The notes: generated by a model not told the origin, from the sequence alone. Positions 28,752 to 42,310 are shown, counted from the first letter of the stretch. The stretch is DNA of 64,000 nt from Octopus vulgaris (GCA_951406725.2 OX597825.1:20894001-20958000); one strand, 5' to 3'. Made by a program: numbers and translations.

Positions 28752-28984
28752 GAAGGCGGCAAGCTGGCAGAAACGTTAGCACGCCGGGCGAAATGCTTAG
28801 CGGTATTTCGTCTGCGTTACGTTGTGAGTTCAAATTCCGCCGAGGTCGACTTTGCCTTTCATCCTTTCGGGGTCGATAAATTAAGTACCAGTTACGCACT
28901 GGGGTCGATGTAATCGACTTAATACCTATGTCTGTCCTTGTTTGTCCCCTCTGTGTTTAGCCCCTGGTGGGTAATAAAGAAATA
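28752..28984 (+). mobile_element. SINE-B (tRNA-like head, GTCGACTTTGCCTTTCATCCTTTCGGGGTCGATAAA central domain, possibly Meta-type), reference copy
   Basis: 15-bp TSD GGTATTAAAGTGACA (28737-28751, 28985-28999). Other copies near 4865, 10575, 15993, 31187, 45508, 61548, 62692 and 63903. Confidence 0.85.
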
Positions 28985-29136
28985 GGTATTAAAGTGACAA
29001 TAATTTCAATACCTCTACTACCCCTGTGCTGTTTCCAGAAGCAAGGGCCTAGACTCATATACACTTACCACCTCTCTAGTCATGAGTACACCATGAAGGA
29101 AAGGTAAGTCAATACATTCACAGTATTAATGGACCC

Positions 29137-29542
29137 AGAAACGTTAGCACGCTGGGCAAAATGCTTAGCGGTATTTCGTCTGCCATTACGTTCTCGAGAT
29201 CAAATTCCTCCAAGGTCGACTTTACCTTTCATCCTTTCAGGGTCAATAAATTAAGTACCAGTTACACACTGGGGTCGATGTAATCGACTTAATACCTATG
29301 GCTGTCCTTGTTTGTCCCCTCTGTGTTTAGCCCCTTGTGGGTAATAAAGAAATAGGTATTTCGTCTGCCATTACGTTCTCGAGTTCAAATTCCTCCGAGG
29401 TCAACTTTACCTTTCATCCTTTCAGGGTCAATAAATTAAGTACCAGTTACACACTGGGGGGTCGATGTAATCGACTTAATCCCTTTGTCTGTCCTTGTCC
29501 GTCCCCTCTATGTTTAGCCCCTTGTGAGTAATAAAAAAATAA
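29137..29542 (+). mobile_element. SINE-B dimer
   Basis: Junction AAATAGGTATTTCG at ~29355; flanks ACAGTATTAATGGACCCA and ACAGCATTAATGGACCCA. Confidence 0.85.
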
Positions 29543-30640
29543 CAGCATTAATGGACCCAAAGACAAAAAGCCATTTATGGTAAGAATGCAACAGGTCCAA
29601 CACTATTTAGATCTAAAGGTGACACAAAACTTATAAAGAAATAATCTGCTGTCAACAACCAATGGAAAGAACATTTTGAAGATTTTCTTAATCGTGGCTG
29701 TTTCCCCGCAAGAAAAGATCTCTGGACAACATCACAGAAAGGTCAATGATCAACAGCTTAGCAGGACCATCTGATTGACTTGTTCTCTTAAAAAAAAAAG
29801 GCACCCAAACCCCTGTTTTTTAAGACACAACAGGATTTTGGCTGAGATATACTTGTATAAACTTGAGAATCAAACACTAATAAAAAGCTCCATGCACTGA
29901 TTTTAGTAATCTAGATACAAGAAGGTCGGCAATACCAACTGACCGCTGAGATTCAAATCATTTTTGTCATGTTTAAAAAGGGAGTCAAATCAAATTGCAC
30001 CAAATACAGAGGAACCTCATCTTTGTCAAATACTGCAAAATTTCTGGCTAAAATCTCACTCAAGTGACTCACCTCTCTATCAAAGACTCATTAATCTGAA
30101 CCTCAATCTAGATTTCAGATAGACAGATAAGCTAAAACTGCACTATATTTTTGTATTTTTGTTCATCTATTATGAATAGAGCTCCTGGCAAGTATTTTAA
30201 GAATGGACATGTGGTTATAAAGCTTTCTTCCAAACCATGTGGTCTTCGGTTCAGCCCCACTGTGTGACACCTTCAGGAAGTTTCTTCTGACTATAGCTCC
30301 AGACCAACTAAAGCCATCCCTATATGTGTGTGTATGTATAAATATATGTGTGTATGTATAAATATGTGTGTGTATGTATAAATATGTGTGTGTATGTATA
30401 AATATGTGTGTGTATAAATATATGTATGTTTGTGTGTAAATATGTGTGTATATTTGGTTGGCGTTAGGAAGGGCATCAAGTCGTAGAAACACTGCCAGAT
30501 CTGACTGGGCCTGATGAAGCCTTCCAGCTTCACAGACCCCAGTTGAACTGTCCAACCCATGCTAGCATGGAGAACGGACGCTAAATGATGATGATGATGA
30601 TGATGTGTGTGTGTGTGTAAATATGTCTGTATATGTATAA

Positions 30641-30684
<44 letters not shown>

Positions 30685-31388
30685 ATGTGTGCATGCGTGC
30701 GTATACACACACACACACTCAGCAAGCTTCCATACCATTTCTGTCCGCCAAATACACTCACAAGATATTGGTCATCTTGGAACTGTAGTAGAAAACACTT
30801 TGCTCAAGGTACCACTAAGTGGAACTGAACCCGAAGTCACTCGCCTGCAAAGCCAGCTTCTTAAAAGCACACCTACATTGTGCCTACATCATATGTAAAC
30901 CACACATCATGTACAAGCAGATGACCAATGGTTTCCTCAGATGCTGTCATTGTAATTAATACCATTAGCTTACTGGAACTTCAGATATGCTTCATATAAA
31001 GTGTGAGATAAATCCATCTATTTATCAATCAGCCCATTGATAATCATAATCACAAAGCTGATTATTCAATAAATATTTAATAATAATGTGCACCAGATTA
31101 CTATGATCAAAGCACATTAATCAAAACTTTGAATTACATCACAATAGAAAAACTATTGACAGGTGTGTATATATATTATTATGTATAAGCTGGCAGACAC
31201 GTTAGTGTGCTGGGCGAAATGCTTAGCGGTATATCGTCTGTTGTTATGTTCCGAGTTCAAATTCCGCCGAGGTCAACTTTGCCTTTCATCCTTTCGGGGT
31301 CGATAAATAAAGTACCAGTTTCACACTGGGGGCGATATAATCGACTCAATCCCTTCGTCTGTCCTTGTTTGTCCCCTCTATGTTTAGC

Positions 31389-31431
<43 letters not shown>

Positions 31432-31433
<2 letters not shown>

Positions 31434-31606
31434 CGCAGGAGTGGCTGTGTGGTAAGTAGCTTGTTTACCAACCACATGGTTCCGGGTCCAGTCCCACCAC
31501 GTGGCACCTTGGGCAAGTGTCTTCTACTATAACCTAGCCTTGGGCCGACCAAAGCCTTGTGAGTGGATTTGGTAGGCGGGAACTGAAAGAAGCCTGTCGT
31601 ATATAT

Positions 31607-31640
<34 letters not shown>

Positions 31641-31849
31641 ATATGTTTGTGTGTCTATGTTTGTCCCTCTAGCATTGCTTGACAACCGGTGCTGGTGTGT
31701 TTACGTCCCCGTCACTTAGCGGTTCAGCAAAAGAGACCGATAGAATAAGTACTGGGCATACAAAGAATAAGTCCCGGGGTCGATTTGCTCGACCAAAGGC
31801 GGTGCTCCAGCATGGCCACAGTCATATGACTGAAACAAGTAAAAGAGTA
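31432..31849 (+). mobile_element. SINE-A, full length
   Basis: Head with A box TGGCTGTGTGG, GGCACCTTGGGCAAG CORE-like block, internal (TA)/(TG) tract. Confidence 0.85.
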
Positions 31850-32079
31850 TATACATATATATATTATATTATATTATATCACATTATATTATATTATATA
31901 TTGTACACAAATTAAAAACAAACATGAACCCAAAGTGAAAAACTTAAACAAACAGGTCGTATTGTATTAGAAAGCATTAAGCATGTGCTTTTCTATATAA
32001 GAGTGTCAAATTACTACATTTCTTGTGAACATCCTGTTGTCTGTTATTGTTAATTTTATTATGTTTACTTGAATTGATC

Positions 32080-32116
<37 letters not shown>

Positions 32117-32343
32117 TATATATTTATGTATACACAAACATATATATATAAATTAGGAAATAAAACACCTTTTATCAATTCAATAATGCAAAAATTAAAT
32201 TATACCATTTAGTAAAATTAATTTATATATATCTATATTATATCTTGTGAAATTTGATTTAGTATTTCTAAACTGAATTTTTCCCTGTAAGTTTGGAATA
32301 ATATTCCCTCATATTATTATTATATACACATACACACACATAC

Positions 32344-32387
<44 letters not shown>

Positions 32388-32613
32388 TTTTCATATTCAG
32401 ATTAGTCTGTTAAATGCAATGCATTTTTAATCAAATTATTTCGAATTAATCATACACTATCTTATAGCTTTGAGGTTTCAATGATGTAATTGTTTATTTT
32501 TAGAATGTCAGTGTAGGTTAGGTGTAAGAGGCCAGATATGGCTAAGTTGAATATAAAAAATATAGACTATTTAGGCCAGATGTGGGTGGTTTAACCACTA
32601 AAGATATATACAT

Positions 32614-32652
<39 letters not shown>

Positions 32653-32944
32653 CACACACACATGGACACCGATATATACTTCCCTTTGTTTTGCATCCGC
32701 TTTTCCATGCTAGCATGAGTCACGCATGTATTAGATATCATTGTCATGTATCTGAATTCCTTTCTAATGTTAACCCTTACCTTTCTTTAGGTAAAAGCTC
32801 TCATATACCACAGGCACATATATGTATGCATGTGTGCCTGATTGTATACATTACATACATACATACATACATGCATATATACACATATGTATAAGGAAGT
32901 TAAATGATAATGATGATTTGCATATGTATTCATACAATTATATA

Positions 32945-32988
<44 letters not shown>

Positions 32989-33194
32989 TAAAATATATGC
33001 ATATATATAAACATATATGTACGTACCTACCTCTACATGTACATATACACGCATATATGTGTACAGGACACCAAAAGGACGTCGAACACATAGAGAGACG
33101 AAAAACATAGACACAAACCAAGGAACAAGACAAGCAAAAAAAGGAAATACAGGACAATAATATATATATACATATATATATACATATATATATA

Positions 33195-33845
33195 TCATCA
33201 TCATCATCATCGTTTAACGTCCGCTTTCCATGCTAGCATGGGTTGGACGGTTCAACTGGGGTCTGGCAAGCCCGAAGGCTGCACCAGGCCAGTCAGATCT
33301 GGCAGTGTTTCTACAGCTGGATGCCCTTCCTAACGCCAACCACTCCGAGAGTGTAGTTGGTGATTTTATGTGCCACCGACACAGGTGCCAGACGAGGCTG
33401 GCAGACGGCCACGCTCGGATGGTGTTTTTTATGTGCCACCGACACAGGTGCCAGACGAGGCTGGCAGATGGCCACGCTCGGATGGTGTTTTTTTATGTGT
33501 CACCGACGAGCTGGCACACGCTCGGTGCCAGACGAGGCTGGCAGACGGCCACGCTCGGATGGTGTTTTTTATGTGCCACCGACACAGGTGCCAGCGAGGC
33601 TGGCCACCGACACAGGTGCCAGACGAGGCTGGCAGACGGCCACGCTCGGATGGTGTTTTTTATGTGCCACCGACACAGGTGCCAGACGAGGCTGGCAAAT
33701 GGCCACGCTCGGATGGTGTTTTTTATGTGTCACCGACACAGGTGCCAGACGAGGCTGGCAGACGGCTACGCTCGGATGGTGTTTTTTATGTGCCACCGAC
33801 ACAGGTGCCAGACGAGGCTGGCAAATGGCCACGATCGGATGGTGT
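33195..33845 (-). mobile_element. Family C copy with an internal 63-bp tandem array (~33365-33845)
   Basis: (CAT)n tail and family body, then about seven near-identical 63-bp units. Confidence 0.8.
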
Positions 33846-33857
33846 ATATATATATAT

Positions 33858-34046
33858 AGGGAGAGTTTACGAAAAAAACAAAAGACAAAGACAGGTGGTG
33901 TACAAAACAAACAGATGTATTAGTATAACACTCAGGAATAGAAAAAGTCTTTTACATTTCGAGCCTACGCTCTTCAACAGAAAGGGACACAGAAAAAGCA
34001 AGGAGAGAAACAAGGAGAGAAAAAAATGTGTGTAGTGGCTAGAATA
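33858..34046 (-). mobile_element. Second copy of the same Penelope-like family, hammerhead-like motif at 33949-33984
   Basis: Reverse complement: CTTT-CTGTTGA-a-GAGC(gtag)GCTC-GAAATGTA-AAAG; alignable with 20460-20686. Confidence 0.6.
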
Positions 34047-34337
34047 TTACAAAATTTACTGGAGAAGTAAAGCTTTCAGACACAGCACTTATCAAACTAC
34101 ATGCGTACACACACACACCGGAAACAGCATTACTGACAGAAACACTTCAAGTGGATCATGATGGCCAGATTGTCTTAAGGTTGACAGATTAGGTGACTTG
34201 ACAAACATGTCGCTGAATGAGGGCTTGTTATAATGATTATGATGAGCGAAACTATAGGAGTGAAGAGTACCGAGTATATACATTATCTTCAACAGTAGAT
34301 TAATGTTTCTTAAATGCTTTTTTTTTGTATTTCTCCC

Positions 34338-34740
34338 TCTTTTACTCTTTTACTCTTATTTGTTTCAGTCATGTGACTGTGGCCATGCTGAAGCACCGCC
34401 TTTAGTCGAGCACATCGACCCCAGGACTTATTCTTTGGAAGCCTAGTACTTATTCTATCAGTCACTTTTGCAAAACTGCTAAGTAACGGGGACGTAAACA
34501 CACCAGCATCGGTTGTCAAGTGACGTTGGGGGGACAAACACAGACACACATACACATACATACATACATATATATACGATGAGCTTCTTTCAGTTTCAGT
34601 CTACCAAATCCACTCACAAGGCTTTGGTCGGCCCGAGGGCTCTAATAGAAGACACTTGCCCAAGGAGCCACGTAGTGGTACTGAACCTGGAACCATGTGG
34701 TTGGTAAGCAAGCTACTTACCACACAGCCACTCCTACGCC
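34338..34740 (-). mobile_element. SINE-A, full length
   Basis: Colinear reverse complement of the family. Confidence 0.85.
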
Positions 34741-35308
34741 TATTAATAAATAGTTCACAATCCTGATCCCAGCCAAAGGTGTTAAGAAAAAAGTTGACTT
34801 GAATTCAAAATGATTTATTATGTTAATATAACATATATTAATATTAATATATATATATGAATATTAATATTATATTAATATAACATAAATATTAATATAT
34901 ATATTAATATAACATAAGTATCATTATATTTATATTAACCTAAATATCATTTTGTTTGTTTCAGTCACAGGACTTCGGTCATGCTGGAGCAGAGCCTTGT
35001 AGTGTTGTTAGTATTTTAAGTTAGCTACTTCTCTTTCATTGAGCTGCTGAGTTAGAGGGATATAAACAAAGCAACACCGGCTGTGAAGCGGTGATAGGAG
35101 TGACAAACACAAAGATATATATACAGACTTCCACATTGATAGTCTGTGACCACAAAGTAAGAGTTCCATCTGTAACCTTAGCCCTGATGGCTAAAACAAT
35201 CTATGACCACAATGGATTTTTAACAAGGGGGTTTGTGATACGAATATAAAGGTTCTGAGGTCACCAATGTGACGATTTGTTGATACCACAATGGAAGTTA
35301 AATGATGA

Positions 35309-35340
<32 letters not shown>

Positions 35341-35400
35341 ATGGTGATGAATCAGTCTTTCAATGTGGCTGGTGAAAGTATTATTTTGTTTTAAACATGG

Positions 35401-36009
35401 TTCCTTTTCCTTTTGTTCCTTCTTGAGCCATGCCTGGCTCATAAGGGCCAGTTTCCCGGTTTCTTGGCATATAGGTTCCCCACCTGGATGGGGCGCCGGT
35501 CCGTCGTAGGGGAGCTGCAAGATGCAGGAGGAAAGAGTGAGAGAAAGTTGCGGCGAAAGAGTCAGCAGAAGTTTTGCCATTACCTTCTGCCGGAGCCACG
35601 TGGAGCTTAGGTGTTTTCGCTCATAAACACACACATCGTCCGGTCTGAGATTCGAACCCGCGATCCCTCGACTGCGAGTCCACTGCTCTAACCACCAGGC
35701 CATGTGCTTCCACAATGTTCCTACTTGAGCCATGCCAGGCTCATAGAGGCCGGTTTCCTTGGCGTATAGGTTCCCCACCTGGACGGGACGCCGGTCCGTC
35801 GCAGGTGAGCTGCAAGATGCAGGAGGAAAGAGTGAGAGAAAGTTGTGGCGAAAGAGTCAGCAGAAGTTTCGCCATTACCTTCTGCCGGAGCCGCGTGGAG
35901 CTTAGGTGTTTTCGCTCATAAACACACACATCGTCCGGTCTGAGATTCGAACCTGCGATCCCTCGACCGCAAGTCCGCTGCTCTAACCACTAGGCCATGT
36001 GGCTCCACA
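35401..36009 (-). mobile_element. SINE-D-related tandem dimer
   Basis: Two ~300-bp units with GGTTCGAATCTC B boxes on the minus strand; TTTAAACAT on both flanks. Confidence 0.8.
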
Positions 36010-36357
36010 TTTAAACATTGGTTAGTGTGATGTGAAATAAAACACATCTAATAACAAACACTTGTATTATTATCAAATCTCCGTTTTAAAAGCCGGAGAT
36101 ATTTCAGATGACGTGCTGGTGATGGCCAGCGATTGTTTGTTCACTGAGTTGAAGGAAATCCGTGATTTTTATGTCTGAAATTCCTCCTTCATGACCTACT
36201 TTAACTTCCAATGTAAACAAAACCATTGGAAAATTCCAAGTTTATGTCAATATTTGATCCGAATATCTCAATATTTCAGTTCCAGTCATGTCGGTGAAAC
36301 TATGTCAAGCAAATTCGTTTCGGGGGAGAAAAATAGCAATAAGTATTATAAAGTAAA

Positions 36358-36846
36358 GGAAAGACTTCCTCCTGTCCCATCCCACCATTTTCTACCAATT
36401 ATTATATTTTTTTTTTTTCGGCTACGGAGATTCTGGAAAATTGCCAAAAATCAGCATTTTGAAATTTCGCCCCTGCCCACTTCCTCCTCTCATTCCCTCC
36501 ACAATTTCTTCATTTTTCACTCCCCCCCACCAGCCCTAACCGTAACCCTAACCCTAAAACCCTAACCCCAACCGTAAAACCCTAACCCTGAGTACAAACG
36601 TTTTTGGAAATTTTTTTCAGAATCATAATCTCCGTATTTTTCCAAATATTTTGAAAAATTAAAATTTCCGAAAAAAGTTTAAATTGAAGAAATCGGGGAG
36701 GGGGTTGGGGGAATTTCAAAATTCTGATTTTTGCCAATTTTTTTGCAGATTCGTATTCTCCATTGCCGAAAACAAACAGGTTGTGCAGAAAAAAATTAAA
36801 TTAAAAATAGGGGTGTTTTGGGTGGGGTACAAAAGGAAGTCTTGCC
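36358..36846. mobile_element. MITE family G (GGMAAGACTTCC TIR) with central CCCTAA tract
   Basis: GGAAAGACTTCC...GGAAGTCTTGCC termini; alignable to 52844-53372; TSD not evident. Confidence 0.75.
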
Positions 36847-37078
36847 CTGAAGCGTATCTGGGATTTGATCAATTTGATCCCGCCAAACTAAACAGATGAT
36901 ACACATTTGTATAGATGTGTCTCATTATTGTGTAAATGCTATTGTGTAAATTGAGTGTACGCTCAATTTACACAATAGCGTGTGGTCAACTGAGATATTT
37001 TTAAAGATAATGTCTGTCCTTTGTTTACTGAGAGTAGATCAAGTTTCATAAAAGCAAAACATTGTGTACATTTATTTC

Positions 37079-37324
37079 GGCATGACTTCTTTTTGTTCCC
37101 CCACCAAAAACACCCCCTTTTTTAATTGATTTTTTTTCTACATAAACCCCCGTTTTCGGCTACGGAGAATACCTCTTCCACCCATCCTAAATTCTTCGTT
37201 TTTAACTTTTTTCAGAAATTTTTGTTTCAAAATATGCAGAAAAATACGGAGATTATGATTCTCAAAAAAGTTTCCAAATATTTTTATAGTTAGGGTTTGG
37301 GGTTAGGGTTTTAGGGTTAGGGTT
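37079..37324. mobile_element. MITE family G, half copy ending in the TTAGGG tract
   Basis: Alignable with the left half of 52844-53372; inverted relative to 36358-36846. Confidence 0.65.
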
Positions 37325-37551
37325 AACACCAAAAATTATTTACATCAAAAAGGTGCTTTTTTTCTATGAAAATCCATATTTTTTACGGGTCATTTTTACT
37401 GCTGTGTCGCCATTTTTCGGCGTATTTCAACCAGAAAAAAATGTTCACTTAAAGAGAATAACAAGCTACATAATGCAAAATTTTTACTTTTCAAAAATTC
37501 CTGTTCTAAAGGGTCGAAACAAACCCGAGCAACGCCGGGCGATACTGCTAG
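37322..37551 (+). mobile_element. 3' half of Helitron family 2
   Basis: Matches 43468-43696 including the hairpin and CTAG|t; joined directly to a TTAGGG tract. Confidence 0.8.
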
Positions 37552-38559
37552 TATTTATATATTTGTGCATATACAGACACAGTCACACACACACACATCG
37601 TTTCGATCGTTGTACTGCTTACCTTGCTGGGGGCACCATCTAGAAGGGCCTTAGTCGAACGAATCGACCGCTGTGTTTATTTTTAAAGCCTGGTACTTAT
37701 TCTATCTGACTGTTTTGCCAAAACCGATATACTACAGGGACGCAAACAAACCAACACAGGTTGTAAAACTATGGTCGGGGGCAAATACACACACACACAC
37801 ACGTACACACATCGGGAGTAACCTTAAGTTTTATTTCTGGCATAGCGTCCATTTTGGTCACTATATTCGTTTTCTATACATTTTTTTACACCTAGTAGAC
37901 TGTGTTTCTTTTTGTTTTCATTGACCTCCATTTTTGCTGAATGTTAAAGTGTAGCTGGAGGAGAGATTCCTTTGCTTATTTCTAGTGTCTCAAGCGAGCA
38001 CATACTTGCTCTATTGTTGTTAAGACCAGTCTTTGTTTAAAGATGGTATGGTGTAATTTGTGAACTATTAGGCTGGTATTTCTAGCATATCACGCAACCT
38101 CATAGAAAACATTTCGTCGGCATATTTATATGTCGAACATCCTGTATATATTTTGAAGCCTCTTACAGATGTTTTGACAATGAGCATCGCTGATTGACAG
38201 ACAGGTGAGCCAAGGTAGCAGTCTCGTTCATAGCGCGCCCTCCTCCTGGTTCGAAGGCGTGTACCACACCAAACAGGAATTGTCACCACAGACATTGTTG
38301 TCCAACAAACTCGTTAGCAAGTTCTTGAAATTTGAAGATCAATGTAAATAAACGCCACGAGGCATTTTTACGCTGCTCTGGAGTGATTCAGAGGAATTAG
38401 CAGTCAATATTTTCAGGTGAAAAAAAAGTTTTGTGTAATGTCACCACATACAACCCAATTTTTTTAATCCTCTTCAAAATATTCAACATAGCTTCCAGGT
38501 AAAAAAATTTTTTTGTTTAATACTTGTTTGGGTTGTCAACCTTTACTGTGAAAAATGAA

Positions 38560-38714
38560 GAGTGGCTGTGTGGTAAGTAGCTTGTTTACCAACCACATGG
38601 TTCCGGGTTCAGTCCCACTGCGTGGCACCTTGGGCAAGTGTCTTCTACTATAGCCTCGGGCCGACCAAAGCCTTGTGAGTGTATTTGGTAGACGGAAACT
38701 GAAAGAAGCCCGTC

Positions 38715-38761
<47 letters not shown>

Positions 38762-38981
38762 CGTGTATGTCTGTGTGTCTGTGTTTGTCCCCCTAGCATT
38801 GCTTGACAACCGATGCTGGTGTGTTTATGTCCCCGTCACTTAGAGGTTCGGCAAAAGAGACCAATAGAATAAGTACTGGGCTTACAAAGAATAAGTCCCG
38901 GTGTCGAGTTGCACGACTAAAGGGCGGTGCTCCAGCATGGCCACAGTCAAATGACTGAAACAAGAAAAAGAGTAAAAGAGT
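38560..38981 (+). mobile_element. SINE-A
   Basis: Colinear with 54098-54499. Confidence 0.85.
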
Positions 38982-39376
38982 AATGCAATTTTAGGTTTAC
39001 AGCTTAGACATTTGTGTCTCTGGCTGTCACGTACGTCACACGAGAACGGCACCTTCTATCACTGCCTCTCATGCCTCCCTGTCACTTACTTTCTTTTCTG
39101 CTCTCTGTACCAAGTAACCCCTTCTTCTCTGGTGAGTTCAATAGCAGACTTGAAGTCCCCGACGCATGGAATGACACATTATAAACAATTTCGTTATTTA
39201 ATTATCATGTCAGAGTTTACATTGTTTGGCAGTCAGTTTGTGATCTCATGTCGTCCCGTTAAAAGTAAATCCGTGAAAATTGTGGTCATTGGTTTCCATA
39301 GTCTGTTGCAGCTGCGCATAAGAGACCATTCCACTCGCACGCAGACGGACAGGCAGAGGCTTTGCTTTCATTATAA

Positions 39377-39928
39377 CTAGCAGTATCGCCCGGAGTTGCT
39401 CGGGTTTGTTTCGACCCTTTAGAATTGGAATTTTTGAAAAGTAAAAATTTTGCATTATGTAGCTTGTTATTCTCTTTAAGTGAACATTTTTCTGGTTGAA
39501 ATACACCGAAAAACGGCGACACAGCAGTAAAAAAAATCGTAAAAAATAGGGATTTTCATAGAAAAAAAAAAAGCACCTTTTTGATGTAAATAATTTTTGG
39601 TGTTAATATGGTCCGATTTGAATTTTATCTTCTACGGAATGAAGAGCAAGCCTTCTTCTATCATACTCTCAATTTTGGTCAACTTGCGCCGCAGGGTCTC
39701 GGAGGAGATAGTGTTAGTTGAAGGCTACCAAACCTATTTCTTTGCTATCCACAAGGGGCTAAACACAGAGGGGACAAACAAGGACAGACACACGGATTAA
39801 GTCGATTACATCGACCCCAGTGCGTTACTGGTACTTAATTTATCGACCCCGAAAGGATGAAAGGCAAAGTCGACCTCGGCTACCAAACCTGCCACACACA
39901 GACAACTTCAGCTTTATATATAGAGAGA
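39377..39928 (-). mobile_element. Non-autonomous Helitron, family 2, containing a truncated SINE-B
   Basis: TC/CTAG termini and the same 3' hairpin as family 1. Internal SINE fragment flanked by duplicated GGCTACCAAACCT. Confidence 0.85.
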
Positions 39929-40272
39929 TGTATAGAAAGAGACAAGGGTGGGGGAAGAAATACAAAGTATTTATTATATACAGTTTGAATAAACTAGGGT
40001 TAGCAACACTTTGAGGTTACTAACAACGAAATTATCATAATACATACACACACGCAAACTGGTGTAGAGACGATCGGCATTGCAGATAGTTGTGTAGCAA
40101 CAGGTTGATTTGTTGTCAATGTACACGACAGGTGTGTGTGTGTGTGTCTTTATTATGTCATACTAACCTCGGATTAAGATGGATTGTTAATAACAATAAC
40201 AATGATTTTAAGAATCGGCTTTGTCACGCTGGCCTACGATGTTGCTACACTTTATAGATAGACAGACAGATG

Positions 40273-40350
<78 letters not shown>

Positions 40351-40351
<1 letters not shown>

Positions 40352-40496
40352 TTCTTTATTGGCCACGCAGGGCTGAACACAGAAGGGACAAAATGCAAAG
40401 TAGAGCTTTTCTTTTTAGGAAGAAGAAAAACAAATAGATAGATAGATAGATACATACATACATACATACATACATACATACATACATACATACATG

Positions 40497-40565
<69 letters not shown>

Positions 40566-40762
40566 CTTTATTGGCCACACAGAGCTGAACACAGAGGGGA
40601 CAAATACAAATGTCGAACTTTTCTTTTCGAAAATGAAAAAGAAAAAAGGAGGAAAAGAAGTAAAATTCCTGTCAAAAGGGATCGTATATCACAGAAGAAT
40701 TTTTGAAATGTAAAAAGGAAGATTAGGTTAATCCGTGGAAAGAAAAGCCTACGAAAAGGACC
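40351..40762 (-). mobile_element. Two 3'-end fragments of a retroelement inside (GATA)n (40351-40432, 40565-40762)
   Basis: Both end (minus strand) in TGTCCC..CTGTGTTCAGC..TG.GTGGCCAATAAAG, resembling the SINE-B tail. Confidence 0.55.
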
Positions 40763-41203
40763 AGATAGATAGATATACATTTAGAAGTCGGTAAGAGTGA
40801 GTACAAGCAACATCTGAAACGAGCAAAATATTGAAAGTATAGAGAAAACACAGGCAATTAATGCTGAAGTCTAATAACTATTGATCCGCCTGTCAGAACG
40901 AGAGATAGCAAGCAGTGTTCGATCTGTTTACATTGAGTCAGTGACCTGGTTTCGAGACTCGGTCGTATTTTAATCAAATTTCTAAAGTCATTAATGCGTT
41001 AAAGAAATGCATGAAAATATCGTAGCCCCTTGATTTTATGAGAAATTAATAATGGGTCTTTTCAATTTAGAAAAAGATCCTTAATAGTAAATAAAATATA
41101 AAGATATGAACAAGGTTACAACTGTCGCAATTGACAGTTGAAACTTATTTCATTTCATACAAGTTGCAAAACACTTCAGTGCTTCAAAAGTCGCGGCAAT
41201 CTC

Positions 41204-41237
<34 letters not shown>

Positions 41238-41272
41238 TTACTTAAATATATATTTCTTTACTCTATCAATCC

Positions 41273-41338
<66 letters not shown>

Positions 41339-41662
41339 ACGTATATGTGTGAGTATATACTTTTATGCGTGTATGTACGTGTTTATATACTTAAGCATGT
41401 ATATATGTGTGTGTGTATGTGTTTTTATACAATTCCATGCATATTTTTATATATATATATACACACACACACAAAATATGCATGTATATATATGTACTAT
41501 ATGTGTGTGTGTGTGTGTATTCTTATCTTATAGCCATTGAATAATATACTATATGTATGTATGTTATTATGGTTGTCGTTTTGATAAATAAATAAGTCAA
41601 CATTCTAATATCCTAAAGCTGATGAACCAACTAATATGTTTCTCCATTTCCTTATTTGCAAT

Positions 41663-41735
<73 letters not shown>

Positions 41736-41892
41736 TATGCATGTATGTATATGTATTTTATTTATCTATATATATAATCATCCACAGATACTTCTGGTTT
41801 AAAAAGAATTAAGTAGAAAAATAATTCCTTTTTGATTGTTTATTCGGCGATTGTTGTTCTGCTGTTGATGGTTGGGGTGTGTGTCTTGTATG

Positions 41893-41981
<89 letters not shown>

Positions 41982-42310
41982 AGACGGAAAATTGATAATA
42001 AAACTCATAATAATAAAACCATTATGAGATAAAAATAGGAGTGTTTTTATAGTGGACTCGATCTACTTGAAACAGAAACCGTATTCCTTACTCCACAAGT
42101 CTCTTACTACAAACTGACTCATTTATATACAGTTGTCCCGGCTTAACTATTCTGTCATCTCTGTCAGGGCTGTCTCGGGGCTAAAACAAAACAAGACACA
42201 GCAAGGTACAGATGAGAAACCATAACAATTTTGGAGGGCTTTTTTGTCTTTTTTTTCATAGTTTTTGAGTGCGTTGCGGTGCGTGTGCAGTCAACTTAAT
42301 TGTAAATTTG

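Noticed and set aside
29039-29103. Plus-strand exon candidate (ttccag|...AAG|gtaagt; KQGPRLIYTYHLSSHEYTMKE)
   Set aside because: Good splice signals but no recognisable peptide or partner exons, and it is wedged between SINEs; needs RNA-seq.
33230-34035. Three overlapping ~200-aa repeat-protein ORFs, or a CRISPR-like array
   Set aside because: Contiguous 63-bp tandem units inside a retroposon; no unique spacers, no cas genes, eukaryotic context.
35930-36005. tRNA gene candidates (also the heads of SINE-A, SINE-B and SINE-D elsewhere)
   Set aside because: A/B boxes run into SINE bodies in many copies; no complete acceptor stem seen.
37290-37324. TTAGGG tracts as a chromosome end or fusion scar
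   Set aside because: Short and located at fixed internal positions of dispersed MITEs.
39597-39800. Duplicated 67-aa ORF (also 43275-43478)
   Set aside because: Antisense frames of two copies of the same non-autonomous Helitron; not RepHel-like.
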